64,000 nt of DNA from the human T2T-CHM13v2.0 reference genome, Homo sapiens: assembly GCF_009914755.1 (NCBI RefSeq), contig NC_060938.1. One strand, 5' to 3'. The translations under genes were made by a program, and so were the position numbers. The first letter of the stretch is position 1. Each line of letters opens with the position of its first letter. This document shows positions 14,001 to 31,654 of this stretch, in pieces. The notes below the pieces were generated by a model that was given only the letters and a program-made list of their open reading frames with translations, was not told the DNA's origin and made no database searches.

Positions 14001-15226
14001 TCGTAGGGAAAACAAAGTTGAATAAGACATAAATTTCATGCCACTATGAAAATTACAGTCTAGAAGGGAAATTAAGACACACACACGAATAAATAAAATG
14101 CTAGATAAAATCAGTACTCCATAAGAAAAAGCAAAGTGTAGCAATAGTTCAGAGGAGAGGAGAAGATAAATGATTTCTAACAGAGGGATCAGTAAAGGCT
14201 CTGTGGCTGAGCTGATATATCTTTCAACATAATAGAACTGTGTTTACACAGCATCTGTTTCATCAACTCCCTTAGAATTCTCCCTCATGATTTAAAAAAA
14301 AAAAAATCCTCCTTTACAATACATAGAAATGGAGACTTAGAGGGTTAAATTTGTTACTTGTTTAGGGCTAATAACTTAAATTCCAATATGTTTTGAACAA
14401 CAAGGACAGGGGATGGGTATTCCCAAAGGGTGGTTTACTATTTTGTGCAACCAGAAAATTTTTGCTGCCAAGCACCAAAGGCATATTCATGAGCGTAACA
14501 CCAGGAGAGCAGCCAAGGCCCCACTTGAGCTGCTTTTATTGTTTGTCTAAAGTGGATGTTTATCCAAGCAAACTGCATTGTGTTCCAAAAGGAGATTCAT
14601 CATACTTGTCTTTGTGGTTACAGAGCAGGAATCAAACTGATGGGGTGATGGGTGCCTGGGCCAAAAGCAGAGATGCTCCAGATCAGAGACCCCTCCCTTT
14701 GCCTGGTCCTTTTCAAGAACAAGAAAATCTTTGGAATGAAAATGCAGTGACTGACCTTAAAGGAACCCATACCCAGGGTTTTACTTTCAGGGAGTTTTGG
14801 ACACTTGGGAAACCCAGCTCAGCCACTGGGAGCTTTCATGCAAACCACATAGAGTGCAGAACCAGTTTACGTTTGTCTAACATGTAAAGTCTTCTCAAAT
14901 TCTCCAGAATTAAATCACATTTGGGAAGTTTGGGTGATTCTGGAGTACACAGCCCAGATTTCCAAACCCAGCACATACATGCAAATGGAAACATGGCCAA
15001 AGCATTCCTAACTGCATCAAGGTTATTGTTAAGTAGTTTCTGAAAGTTAAATCCATACATTTCTCAAATTTGAGCCAAAATACATTCCTGTCCTTAAAAG
15101 TTCATGAGGTTATTTGAGGTGTGACTTTTCAACTAGCCCTATATTTGAAATGATGATCTTGCCTTTCAGTGCCTCAAATAACACATTAGGTTGGTTTCAA
15201 ATGACCAAATCTGAGTCAAGTGCAGA

Positions 15227-15351
15227 TTTTTTTTTCTTACAGTATTTTATTATGCTGCCCAGGCTGGACTCAACCTCCCAGGTTCAAGATATCCTCCTGC
15301 CTCAGGCTTCAGAGTATCTGGGTCTACAGGCATGCATCACTATGCCCAGCT
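15227..15351 (-). mobile_element. Free Alu monomer (FLAM-like)
   Basis: Single ~125-bp Alu arm with a poly(T) end, flanked by aagtgca (15218-15224 / 15354-15360). Confidence 0.75.
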
Positions 15352-17589
15352 TAAAGTGCAAAGTTTTAAGACGTTAGCCTAGTGCCAGCCCCTAAGAATA
15401 TATCCAGGGTCTTCAGTGTGAATGAGCACCCTTCTTTCCTCACGGGGCCCTCATGCCATCTCACCCCAAGTTCCCTCAGGGAAATTAATTTCAAGTACCA
15501 TCTTCCCAGGCTGCCCCTACAACCATTTTGACAGATGACTGTCCCATCCCTTTCCTCTTCTTCCCTGCAGTTCTGGAAAAGGATGATGTCTTTATCTCCA
15601 GAAATATTGACCTCTTTAAGTACCTGAATTGAGAAGGTCTTTCCTTCTCCCTAAAGGGAGATTTGCCGTAGTCCTATATTCTCTCCCTGGCAGCAACTTT
15701 TCCAGTTCTTTCTCCTTGTATCTAGAACATATACTCATGTCTGTCTATTTTTTAAGCAGTTATAACTTTGTTATACTCCTCATTTTCATGATCTATCATT
15801 TATTGATAATATGTGCTAAGCTCTTTATGTACTATTTTACTTAATTGTCACATGATACTATGTTAAATATTACTGTCTTTGCAGACTAACCTTCAAAGCT
15901 CACCTCCTCAGATGAGTAGTCAAATTCTACTGTCTGGTTACTTTGTGCATTCCTCTTTGTTTACTATGATCTGTTTCTGTTCTGTTCCTATCGTTCTTCT
16001 AAAACCATTCCCACAAATGCCTTCAGATAAAGTTGATACATACACACAAACACACACTGTTTTATCCCTGAAGATCCTGGGAGTATTTTGCATTCCAATA
16101 ACCTGTTTCTCCTTGATTGCTGCCTCGGAAATCCTGCAAGCCAAAGCCCTTCCTCCTGTACTGACTCTCTTAGGTTGTTTAGTTGCTCTAAGCATTTAGT
16201 TATCATCGAAGATGTTTGAACTGACACTCAGGCCTAAAGCACTATCTCAAGCTTCTCTTCAATTTGCTAAGACACTATTTTCCAACATTCAGACACAAAT
16301 ATCTTTAATATTTCTATATTGATATCCATTTAGGAAAACATGTAAACTATCTATTGAATTCAAGGTTCCATTGCTGCTTAGGAAATATTTAGGATTTTTA
16401 AAAAGTGAGCTAACAAAAATTAAGTAAACAAGAGCAAAGTTAGTATGCAGACCTGGGGCAAAAATTGTAAGGGTGATATTCAAATTATAAAAACTGTTAT
16501 ACCGTCTTGTTCTATTGTCAAGAAGGAAGTGGACCCCCAAATTCCTAATTATATTTCCCTTTCTCTCAGTCTTTAAATCTTTCTATTTTACCTATTGCAT
16601 TCAACCTATTATATCCTCTAACTTCTCAGTATTCTAAACTTGCAACCTTGAAATTCCTCTATTTTCTTCATTTTCTATATGCAGTCTGTCTCCAAGTTTT
16701 GCCAAACATTCTGTAATCATATTTTTCTATATGTCTCTCAATTTGTAAACCCATGGGCAATATTCCAGTAAAAAAAAAAAAAGATGGTAGAACAACTTTC
16801 TAACTTATCTTCCAGTAAAAGTTCTTCAAGAGCCATCTTAAATTACATGCTCAGTAAAAGACTCAGCAAAAATTTGTAGCCACATAGCAACTATTGCTCC
16901 GTCCTCCATTTTCTTTGCCATGGAAGCTGGGAGAATGCCATTTACAGAAACGCTTGATAGCGAGGGAGAGACATTTACAGGGGTAGGCTGTCTCAAACTT
17001 CCAGTAGTCATATCAGGACAAGTCACACTGCCTTTCTTTCCCAAAGGCTTGCCTTCAGCTTGTTGCCTACTCCTGCCCCATCATCATGCCTGTATCCATA
17101 ATAACTTCCTTGAGTGGCCTTTCACAGCCAGCTCCTCCTCCACTATCCACTATGGTGTTTAGCCTGCTACTTCCCCTTGTCAGTTCTGCCACACCCAACC
17201 CTCTACTAACCTGTGTAATCACAACCTGTGGAGCTCCCAAGTTACTGAGGTCCACTCTTCTAAAGTTGTTCCCTCCGTCTCATGCTGATTTCTCAAGCTG
17301 ATATCATTTCTTTTACAGTTCTCAGATGAGACTGCTGCTACCTGAGTCTCCTCCAATGCTCTCCACCTCCTTGTCTAGAGCTTCAAACCGTAATTTGTTT
17401 CCCTAACCACTCAGCAAACTCTCCTACTGAAGTCTACCATATTCTGTTATACCATCCTCTTTACTAATTTCAGATTTCTACTATTCTCCTCACATGCTTT
17501 CATGCTCCTAAGAGGTTCCAGCACCTGTTGGAATGTTTTTCTTCACCTTATACAAGGCCACTGGCCTTGTTAACTTTAATATCCAGCAC

Positions 17590-18060
17590 CATGTACTTTT
17601 CTCACCCTTCTTAATTTCATCTCTCTGTCACTTGACATAGCTGACTCTAACCCAGTCCTTGAATCCAAGTCCTCCTTTGTTTTTGTGACACTCATCATTC
17701 CGATCCTTCATTTTTCATGCTGACCACTTCTTTTTGCTCTCCTTTTCTAGTTCTTTCTGCTCTGTTCCCTAAATTCATGTGTACTCCAGGATTCTGTCTT
17801 CGTTTCCTTTTTTTTTTGTCTTTACACTTTAGAAATAACTATTCTAATAAATCTAACCATTAATTCTACACTAACTCTGTAGTTCTGACACTTTATCAAG
17901 GCTTGGTGGCCAGTTCCACCTACATGTGTTTTTGGCATCTCAATATGTCATCCATTCCTCTTATTTCTGTTACTGGCAAAAACATTTTTCCAGTCATCCA
18001 AGTTAAAAACCTGACAATCATTACTGCATGCCCCTTTTCAATCCCGGGCCAAATCTATCA
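17590..18060 (+). mobile_element. L2 LINE relic
   Basis: L2-like 'ttccacctacatgtgttttggcatctcaatatgtc...ccagtcatccaagttaaaaacctgac'. Confidence 0.55.
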
Positions 18061-19445
18061 GTCCCTGCTAATTTTTTGTTCCTGTTTTACCCTTTCAACT
18101 GGTCTCATTCTTTTTATTTGTGTCCTTAAAATGTGAATACCAAGTAACTGGCAAGATGGCCAAATAGGAACAGCTCCAGTCTGCAGCTCCCAGTGAGATC
18201 AGCGCAGAAGGCAGGTGATTTCTGCATTTCCAACTTAGGTACGCAGCTCAGCTCATTGGGACTGGTTAGAAAGTGGGTGCAGCCCACAGAAGGTGAACTG
18301 AAGCAGGGTGGGGCATCACCTCACCTGAGGAAGTGTAAGAGGTCAGGGAACTCCCTCCCTTAGCCAAGGAAGCCTTGAGGGACTGTACCATGAGGAATGG
18401 TGCACTCTGGCTCAGATACTACACTTTTCCCACAGTCTTTGCAGTCCACGAACCAGGAGATTCCCTCAGGTGCCTACGCCACCAGGGCCCTGGGTTTCAA
18501 TCACAAAACTGGGCGGCCATTTGGGCAGACATTGGGGTAGCTACAGGAGTTATTTTTTTGTTTCATATTCCAGTGGCACCTGGAATGCCAGCAAGACAGA
18601 ACCATTCACTCCCCTGGAAAGGGGGCTGAAGTCAAGGAGCCAAGTGGTCTAGCTCAGCAAATCCCACCCCCATGGAGCCCAGCAAGCTAAGATTTACTGG
18701 CTTGAAATTCTTGCTGCCAGCATAGCAGTCTGAAGTCAACCTGGGATGCTTGAGCTTGGTGCGAGGAGGGGTATCCGCCATTACTGAGGCTTGAGTAGGC
18801 AGTTTTCCCCTCACAGTGTAAACAAAGCCACAGGGATGTTTCAACTGGGCAGAGCCCACCGCAGCTTGGCAAAGCTGCTGTAGCCAGACTGCCTCTCTAG
18901 ATATCTCTTCTCTGGGCAGGGCATCTCTGAAAGTAAGGCAGAAGCCCCACTCAGGGGCTTATAAATAAAACTCCCATCTCCCTGGGACAGAGCACCTGGG
19001 GGAAGGTGTGGCTGTGGGTGCAGCTTCAGCAGACTTAAACATTCCCACTTGCTCTGCTAAGGGACAGACTGCCTCCTCAAGTGGGTCCCTGATCCTTGTG
19101 CCTCCTTACTGGGAGACATCTCCCAGCAGAGGTCTACAGACACCTCATAAGGCAGACCTCTGGCTGGCATCTGGTGGGTGCCCCTCTGAGACAAAGCTTC
19201 CAGAGACAGGAACAGACAGCAATCTTTCCTGTTCTGCAGCCTCCGCTGGTAATACCCAGGCAAATGGGGTCTGGAGTGGACCTCCAGGAAACTCCAACAG
19301 ACCTGCAACAGAAGGGCCTGACTGTTAGAAGGAAAACTAACAAACAGAAAGGAAAAGCATAAACATCAACAAAAAGGACAGCCACACAAAAACCCCATCC
19401 AAAGGTCACTAACATCAAAGACGAAAGGTAGATAAATCCACAAAG

Positions 19446-20467
19446 ATGAGGAAAAACCCGTGCACAAAGTCTGAAAATTCCAAAAACCAGAATGCCTCTT
19501 CTCCTCCAAAGGATCACAACTCCTTGACAGCAAGGGAACAAAACTGGACGGAGAATGAGTTTGACAAGTTGACAGAAGTAGGTTTCAGAAGGGGGGTAAT
19601 AAATTCCTCCGAGCTAAAGGAGCATGTTCTAATCCAATGCAAGGAAGCTAAGAACCTTGAAAAAAAGTTAGAGAAATTGCTAACTAGAATAACCAGTGTA
19701 GAGAAGGATGTAAGTGACCTGACGGAGTTCAAAAACACAGCACGAGAACTTTATGAAGCATACACAAGTATCAATAGCTGAATCCATCAAGCAGAAGAAA
19801 GGATATCAGAGATTGAAGATCAACTTAATGAAATAAAGAATGAAGACAAGATTAGAGAAAAAAGAATGAGAAGGAATGAACAAAACCTCCAAGAAATATG
19901 TGACCATGTGAAAAAATAAAACCTACATTTGATTGGTGTACCTGAAAGTGACCGGGAGAATGGAACCAAGCTGGAAAACACTCTTCAGGATATTATCCAG
20001 GAGAACTTCCCCAACCTAGAAAGACAGGCCAACATTCAAATTCAGGAAATACAGAGAATACCACAAAGATACTCCTTGAGAAGAGCAACCCCAAGACACA
20101 TAATCATCAGATTCACCAAGGCTGAAATGAAGGAAAAAATGTTAAGGGCAGCCAGAGAGAAAGATTGGGCTACCCACAAAGGGAAGCCCATCAGACTAAC
20201 AGCCCATCTCTCTGCGGGAACCCTACAAGCCAGAAGAGAGTGGGGGCCTATAGTCAACATTTTAAGGAAAAGAATTTTCAACCTAGAATTTCATATCCAG
20301 CCAAACTAAGCTTCATAAGTGAAGGAGAAATACAATCCTTTACAGACAAGCAAATGCTGAGAGATTTCATCACCACCAGACCTGCCTTACAAGAGCTCCT
20401 GAAGGAAGCACTAAATATGGAAAGGAAAAAACAGTACCAGCCACTGCAAAAACATACCAAATTGTAA
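19446..20467 (+). pseudogene. L1 ORF1p, disrupted
   Basis: ORF pieces MRKNP..ENEFDKLTEVGFRR, IGVPE..ENFPNL..TPRHIIIRF and NFQPRISYPAKLSF..KHTKL*. Premature TGA at 19779-19781 plus frameshifts. Confidence 0.93.
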
Positions 20468-20530
20468 AGACCATCAACACTATGAAGAAACTGCATCAAC
20501 TAATGGGCAAAATAACCAGCTAGCATCATA

Positions 20531-24351
<3,821 letters not shown>

Positions 24352-24591
24352 ACAATGAGAACACATGGACACAGGGAGGGGAACATCACACACCAGGGCC
24401 TGTCAGGGGGTGGGGGGCTAGGGGAGGGATAGCATTAGGAGAAATACCTAATGTAGATGATGGATTGATGAGTGCAGCAAACCACCATGGCACATGTATA
24501 CCTATGTAACAAACCTGCAGGTTCTGCACATGTATCCCAGAAGTTAAGGTATAATTTTAAAAAATGTAAAATGAATAAAATGTGAATACCA

Positions 24592-25140
24592 TTATTATCA
24601 TTTTAGAAGTAAAGGCTTGGAGGGTAAGTAACTTTACCAGCATTAGAAATCTGGTACGTGATAAGGGCAGGATTAAAATCCAGGCCAGTTTTAGGCCAGA
24701 ACCTGATCGTTTCCTCTCATCAAAGGGCTTCTTTGAAAATAGCAACATTGTTACGTAAAATAATATCAAAATATGTACAATTGGAAATAAATATTTCCAC
24801 TTTTATAATTCTGTCCTTTTTTAATAAAAGATCATATTAATTAATTGAGTCCTTATTTCCAAATGTCAACTCTTATAAACATATGTAAATTACAAAAGCA
24901 ACTTAGGGTGAGGTTGAAGACAATCAACTTTAGAATGAAGCTTGCCATGGGTTCTACTCCCAATTCCACACCCTAATGGTGTAACCTTTGGTGTAACCTT
25001 TGGCAAGTTGCCCAATCTCTGTGTTCCTTGCTTTATCTGTGATAGCAGGGCTCACCTTCTGCAGTAATTGTGAGGCATCCATGAAATCTAATGTGGGCAA
25101 AGCACTTGACATATACTACATGCTCAAAAGAGGTGATGTG
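24592..25140. mobile_element. Two MIR fragments (24592-24720 minus; 24920-25140 plus)
   Basis: MIR-like 'gcaggattaaaatccaggcc' and 'gtaacctttggcaagttgcccaatctctgtgttcc'. Confidence 0.5.
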
Positions 25141-28100
25141 AACCAAAGCATATGTTTAGCCAGCTTTGGGTGTGTAGGAGAGGAAGATGTATTGCATCCT
25201 CTGGACGTTCATAGGTGGGAAGTACCTATGGACAAGGAGGGGCCCTGGATGACACACAGATATGGATATTCCAAATGTAGGATACAGGAAGGTACCTAAA
25301 CTTGTTGATCAGCAATACCAATATTCGACTCCAATATATGATATATAGGTCTATTTACTCATAGCGTAGAGCCAGGCATACAAATAAGGTATACTCAATT
25401 ATTAAATCTAAGTGCCTTCTGACTAATAAAATGATTAAATGCCAATGTCTGACTACATTCTATGACTTGAGCATCTAATCTCCAAAGTAGTTACAAATAA
25501 TTAGATCTAATTCAAATTCACCTAGTCATACGAGTATGTAAGAAGTATAATCTAATTTCACGGCATAAGTGCTATCCTCTCCTCCAAGCCAAACCTTAGT
25601 CTGAATCCTTGATGCCCTATTTCATCACTTCCATCCAAATTGGATGGCTGTTCACTACTCTCCAATGGCCTTCGGGTCTTCCCCAGCACTCACCTTCTAT
25701 CAACATCATCTTCCCTCACCGTAGCTATCCATCTTACTTATCCTTATAAACACAGATCTTTTTATTTCCCACCCAATAATTTTTCTCATTTTCCTTTCCA
25801 TTAGGTTTAAATGCCTAAAAACTACCAACTCCTATCCATCAGCTCCTTTTCTACCTTTCTCTACAGCCCCTCCTTTGTTTTAACCAACCTCTTCATTAGT
25901 CCTTTTGTACTTTTCCTTAACTGTTTATAAATAATACCTCCTATGTGACCTACTCCACAACAAATCACCCGATCTGACTTCTCTCCATCGAAGACCTAAA
26001 AATTCCTCTTCTTCTACAAAGTCCTTCAGGGTTAAACCAAAAAAAAATAATAATAATACTTTTTCTTTAACCCAATAACTTACTCATATATTCATCCACC
26101 TGAAATTAAAAACAGTTCACTCGGCAAGTTATCTAAATATTAATTTTTTAAAATTACTAGACTTTCCACTTTACTGTCAAGTCTATTAATCCCTGCTATT
26201 TTTTTTCTTCTTGTTTTACCCTTTCAACGGGTCTCTTTCTTTTCATTCATGTCATTCATTCGTGTCATACCATTGCTTACTTGTTGTACTCTACATCTGT
26301 CCTGTTATAAAATTATTTGGGGTGACTATAAGCTATCTTAGGCAGTGAGCATCTAAAGTATTGTTCCTTAACTAGTACCTCCTAACTCTAAGAGGCATGA
26401 AGTCATCTTCAGAGAGAAATATTCACTTCTGCCAACTTCTGAGTAGGAACTTGATGGAGTGTAGACATGGCAGGAAAAAGAGATGTCACAAAGTAAAATC
26501 ATATCTAAATACACTGTATATGCCTGAACATTAGGCAAAGCTTCCTCAAAACATTACCTCTTAAAACACAGTCACTTCATATTTGAGCCTTTGCCAAATA
26601 TCTCATAGCATGTGGATGCCATTTAAAGGACTTTTTATAAACAACAAATGCCATTGGATGGAGATTCATTAAGCAAAACAGATATCAATTCTAGGTTTGG
26701 AAGCTTGTGGAAGTATTATAATGTGAGCAGATTTTCAAAAGGAAAAAAGTTACTATAGGCTGAGTTATTAATCCTAGGTCTTTGACAATTCTATACATTA
26801 GATATCATGTTAATGAGACTTTCAGGATTCACTTAAGTAGTTATATTAAAGGGATCACAGGGTGATATTATTTTTTAAGAAAAAATATAAATTTAATACT
26901 ATACACATGGGTAGACATGGCTGGGATAAATTTCCAGAAACAGTATTACACATTCAGATTCAAAAAATGAAATAAAAGTAAAGGCAACAGTCTCTAGAAA
27001 ACTATATTAAGCAATTCAAAAAATAGCTCTCAGAATGACAAAGGCTCTGATGCTCCTTGCCTGTCTCCACGATGCACATGAAGAGTTCAAATAAAAATGA
27101 TCTTGTTAAATGTGAACTCAAAAAATTGGTTCTAAAATACTATATCATTATATAGAAGATGTGATTTTAATCATGTGAGATTAAATTAATGCACTAAATA
27201 TCATAAGTAAATATTTAACTGAACAATATCCATTACTCTTACCATATTAAGCTAGCCAAAAGGCTTCTTTGGGGATTATATCATGAGAAAAATGGTGTCT
27301 CACCATATATTGAGGTTGGCCTTACTTTCGGGCACCCATGGGGAGCATGACTACACATAATGTGGGTGGGGGTGGAAGGTTTGGAATGGACAGACAGCTG
27401 GATGAGGGGCTGGCTCAGGAAAAAAGAATGGTGACATATTTTCTTATTTTTTCACAGCAAGGTCACAAGTGTGTCCTGTACTAAGAAATATTGGGACACT
27501 CTGGTCTGGAGGACAAGAACTAATTCACTTGAGCTCATTTTGTTCCATTCTCAGAACGGCTAGTGCTCATGGAATATTATTCATTGATGGTTAGGATGTG
27601 CCATGAGACTGTCGACTGCAGTATCTTTCTAATTTGTTACATAACAAAAGAATGGAATCTGAAAAACACAAAAAGTGGAGAAATGTTCAGCATACTAAAA
27701 TCATATGTGATACATATTTAACCCTCTTTACAAGTTTCTCTAGCTAGTTCTTTAAACCCACTGTTGGGCTTTTTCCCAGATAAAAGGCCTCCTTTTGTTG
27801 AACAATTTCAATGTATAGTCACATTTTGAATTGTTGCCAGGTAAAATTCTTGCATTAGGCTCCATGGCTGTCTGTTCCACCAAGACAAATAAGAACTGAC
27901 CCAACCCCTCATTTGAGTACATTGTTCACGGTGCTGAGCAGTGATTTTCCATATCTGACTGCCTTTGTGTTCACCCCAGGAGGAAGGGTGAGCCTGGTTT
28001 ATTGAGTTCTCATTTCTCACAAAGCAGCAACATCTGGAGGGCTGAGCAGTTTCTTGGCAGGTCCAGCCCGAAGGAATTGGGCCATGGTTCTGATTGGCGC

Positions 28101-28950
28101 TTATCAGTAGGTGTCACTAAAGACAGCTTCAGAGACAGAAAAATAAATAGGCCAATTAAGCAATGCCAAGAACAAACCATTTTATAGTCATCTCTGCTCT
28201 TTTTATTGTTATTCCAACTGCAGAAGCTTCAAGATTCTAATTATTCCCTGGCTTTTTCCCCGCCACTGCAAATGAACATTTTTCCATTTTCCAAGTATCT
28301 CCCTTTAGATTTTAAAGAGTGAGACATTTAATTAATATACTTATTTTGTGGTGCCTGATATAGTGAGTTAGCAAAATGAAAACAGATGAAGAAGATTAAT
28401 TCTAACACTTTATTGCAATGAAGCTCCAGCCACTGCTCATCTGCAAACTGGCTGATTCATGCCTCACCAGCTACTTTCTCTCTGCAATATGAGACACTCA
28501 GCATATTAGGGAGCATGAGTGCATCTCACCCAGCCATGCTTTTGTGTCCCCAGAGGATGCAAGCATAGAAACTTTGGTGTGAGACCACATATTTCTGAGA
28601 AGCTTGGAGGGGGATCTTCCAGGCTGCTTCCAGGAGAGGGGCCAGACTTGTCCACAGTGGTCAGTCACAGTCAATGAAGCTCATTGGCTTTATTTTTGGT
28701 GACTAAGGTTTTTCTACCTGCAAAGACAGAAACTCAGTGGGGAACTCTAAATTTGATCTCCAAATCCAAGCGACACCACAAAACTAAGCATAGCTAAATG
28801 AGAAAAACAAGTTGGGAAACATTCAAATAGATGGACTTAATTGGTAAAATAAGCTGTGGACAATACATGGGCATGGGTCCCAGTGCCAGCACATTTGTAG
28901 CACATGGCAGATGCCCCAGACAATGTTGATGAAATGAATGAGGGATCTGC

Positions 28951-29054
28951 CAACTTAGAATATCAATAAACTGTTCTGTAAGGATCACAGATAGCTATGT
29001 GATAGAGGCTGTATATATGATCCTTATAGAACAGTTTATTGATATTCTAAGTTG
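28951..29054. repeat. Near-perfect inverted repeat: 37-bp arms, 30-nt spacer
   Basis: 28951-28987 caacttagaatatcaataaactgttctgtaaggatca is the reverse complement of 29018-29054 at 36/37 positions; the only mismatch is G28978 opposite T29027. Confidence 0.95.
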
Positions 29055-29239
29055 AACAGTATGTGTGCTGTAGAACACTGTGTGTGCTAAATTTGCAAGC
29101 ATTTTGATGGGTGCTTTTGTTCTTTCTAATTTTAAGAATATCCCCACTTCATCTGGTGGGTAGATTCTTGGGTTTAAAGACCAAACCAAATATTTTTAAT
29201 TCCAAATTACTTACAATTACAAATGTAAAGGTAAATGAC

Positions 29240-29495
29240 AACTAATAATAATAGCAGCTGTCATTTATTGAGTACTTTCTTTGTGCCACACTAAGTTCTG
29301 TATATTATTTCACGTAATTTCACAGCTCTAAAAGAGAGATGTGATTATTATCCCCATTCTACGTATGAGAAAACTGAGACCTAGCCCTGTTAAGTTATTT
29401 GTTCAAGAGGATACAGCTAGAAAATTGTAGAGCCAGGTTTAAGACAAGTCTGTCTGACTCCAAACCTGTTCCCTTAAGTGAGTACTTTACAACCT
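29240..29495 (-). mobile_element. MIR SINE, nearly full length
   Basis: 'tcatttattgagtactttctttgtgcca...tatccccattctacgtatgagaaaactgagac...gtctgtctgactccaaa'. Confidence 0.8.
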
Positions 29496-30619
29496 TCTCT
29501 TCTAACATGGAATTATTAGTAGTGAATAGCGGGTATATTTGGAGGAGGGAAAAATGGAGAGTGATAGCGAATGAGTGAGGTTTAAGTCTATACTGTGGGA
29601 TTTATTACTGGGATGTTGGTGTTTAATACATGCTGGGCACAAGAAGGCATTTCTTGTTGCCATGCCTGAGAGTTGTTTATATTCAGAGCACTGTTATCTA
29701 GCCCCCAGACTTAACAATGAATGGCTAGTGGCCCAAATTTTTACCATGAACATTCTTCCCTTTTCATCTTTCTGCAATTTTAGACTCCCAAGTCCAAGCT
29801 ACAAGATGTCATTTTCCTCTGTTGAATATAGTTACCAAATTATACAGGCCATAAATCTACATTTTTTTGTTCTCCAAAAAAAAAAAAATGTTTTTGTGAA
29901 TTGAAAACTACATACCAGAACGCAGAACCCAGTGGCCCCAGGATATTCCCACATCCACAGTCCCTCTACACAGAACCCACAGAGAATTCTACAATAAAAA
30001 TGTTGAAAGCCAATCTTGCACTCCTATTTTAGGTTGAAAATTTCAAAATCTAAAGGAGCACATATGCAGCTAAAAAATAACAAAAGTATTTCTCACACAT
30101 TTTCATAGATTTCATTATTTGCTGACTACCAGAATACTTAGTGTTTAAAGGATTTTTTCAGAAATATTATATCCTCTAGCAAGGCATAACATGTCCACCA
30201 TCGACTTACTCCACCATGCTTCAAAGAATATTGCTTGTCTATTATCACAGATAAGGAAGATCCTTATGAAATTTTATTTGTAACAGGATTATGTTCAGAA
30301 AACTAGGTCTGCAGGTTAATTCTTCACACCTTTATGGGTCATCCTGATGTCAAGTAGGGGGTGAGTATTTAGTGGGTGATTATCATCCTTTTGTGAAGGT
30401 TCATAATATGTTTTATCCAGATGAATCAAAATATAGGGAAGGATTCAGTAAGGGTATACCTTGTCAGTCATAACAAAAGAATTTAGAACAAGCTTTGCTA
30501 GAAGCTCTGATCCTCGAAGATTCATTTATAAAACCCAGATCTGCAGACATTGAAGTGTCCTATTCATAATCCTTGCCTTCAAGATCAGCACACAATTACA
30601 ATAAAAGCAAGACGAGTGT

Positions 30620-31530
30620 TACAAAAGATTCGTCTTCGAAGGAATGAAAAAGATCTCCACTAGAGGCATCAGGAGAGGCTTTTTCTACAGAGGTTGCCTT
30701 TGAAATCGTCCTTGAAAGATATGGAGAATTCATTGTTGAAAAGTAAATAAAATGGAACAGCATTAAGGAGCGGTCAAGCAAAAACTGCAGAACATATTGG
30801 GAGATGCATATAACTTAGTAAGAATGGGTTTGGAGATTGGGCTCAAAACGATGTTGGCTAGTGAGCCTTGAAGGCGGACTGAGAATTCTGCACATAGATC
30901 ATTAGGCAGAGGGGAGCTATTGAAGTTTGTAAGATGAAAGTGCAGTCAGATCAATCCCAAGCTTCTGGATAAATCTGACAGCAATGTCTTACATGAGAAG
31001 CAAAGATGGCAGAAAGGAGTGAAGGCTGTGGATCTGTTAGGTTGCTATTGCAGCAATATAGATATTAGGGCCTGGAAAATGATACATTTTAGTAAACCTT
31101 GGAAGAAGGAAACACAGAGGTAGAATCTACGTGGAGACTCCCCAACTAATTGCTTGGGGCAGCGATGGTACTGCTTAAGGAAAATAAGGGAGGGAACAAA
31201 GGTTTTGAATTGGTGATAGAAAAGATGGTGGCTCTGTTATTAGAAATGAGAAAGTCAGGAGGAGAGCAAGATTTTCCATGGGTAGAAGTCACAGAGTTTA
31301 ACTTGGATCATAGATGGTTCAATTGCCATTAGTACATGCATAGGCATTTTGAATGGGTCTAGAATTTGACCCTGGGGTTATAAACGTGGAATCTCCTACC
31401 TCAGCAGTAGCAATAGAAGCCATGGAAGCTAGTCAATCTTCAGGAAATAGTCGATGCAGAAGGTGACCTTGTATGGGCAGGGAGGCAAAATACCAGAAGA
31501 TTGTGACGGTAAACAGAAACAAAACAAAAC
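30620..31530 (-). mobile_element. L2 LINE relic
   Basis: L2-like 'taggcagaggggagctattgaagttt', 'ttaggttgctattgcagcaatatag', 'gagaaagtcaggaggagagcaag'. Confidence 0.55.
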
Positions 31531-31654
31531 AAAAGAGTACAGTAACAGAAACCTGGATTCAAATCCAGACCCTGTCTCTTAGGAGCCATGTGGACTTCAA
31601 GAGTCTTTTTTGAGAATTAAATAAGATGTATATATAAAGCAACAGTAAAAGTTT

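Noticed and set aside
14393-14887. 164-codon ORF, the longest outside transposable elements
   Set aside because: TTG start, no recognisable domain and no gene structure; compatible with chance in 64 kb.
30657-30672. CTCF-like CCACTAGAGGCA
   Set aside because: Lacks one core G and sits in a decayed L2; too weak to call.
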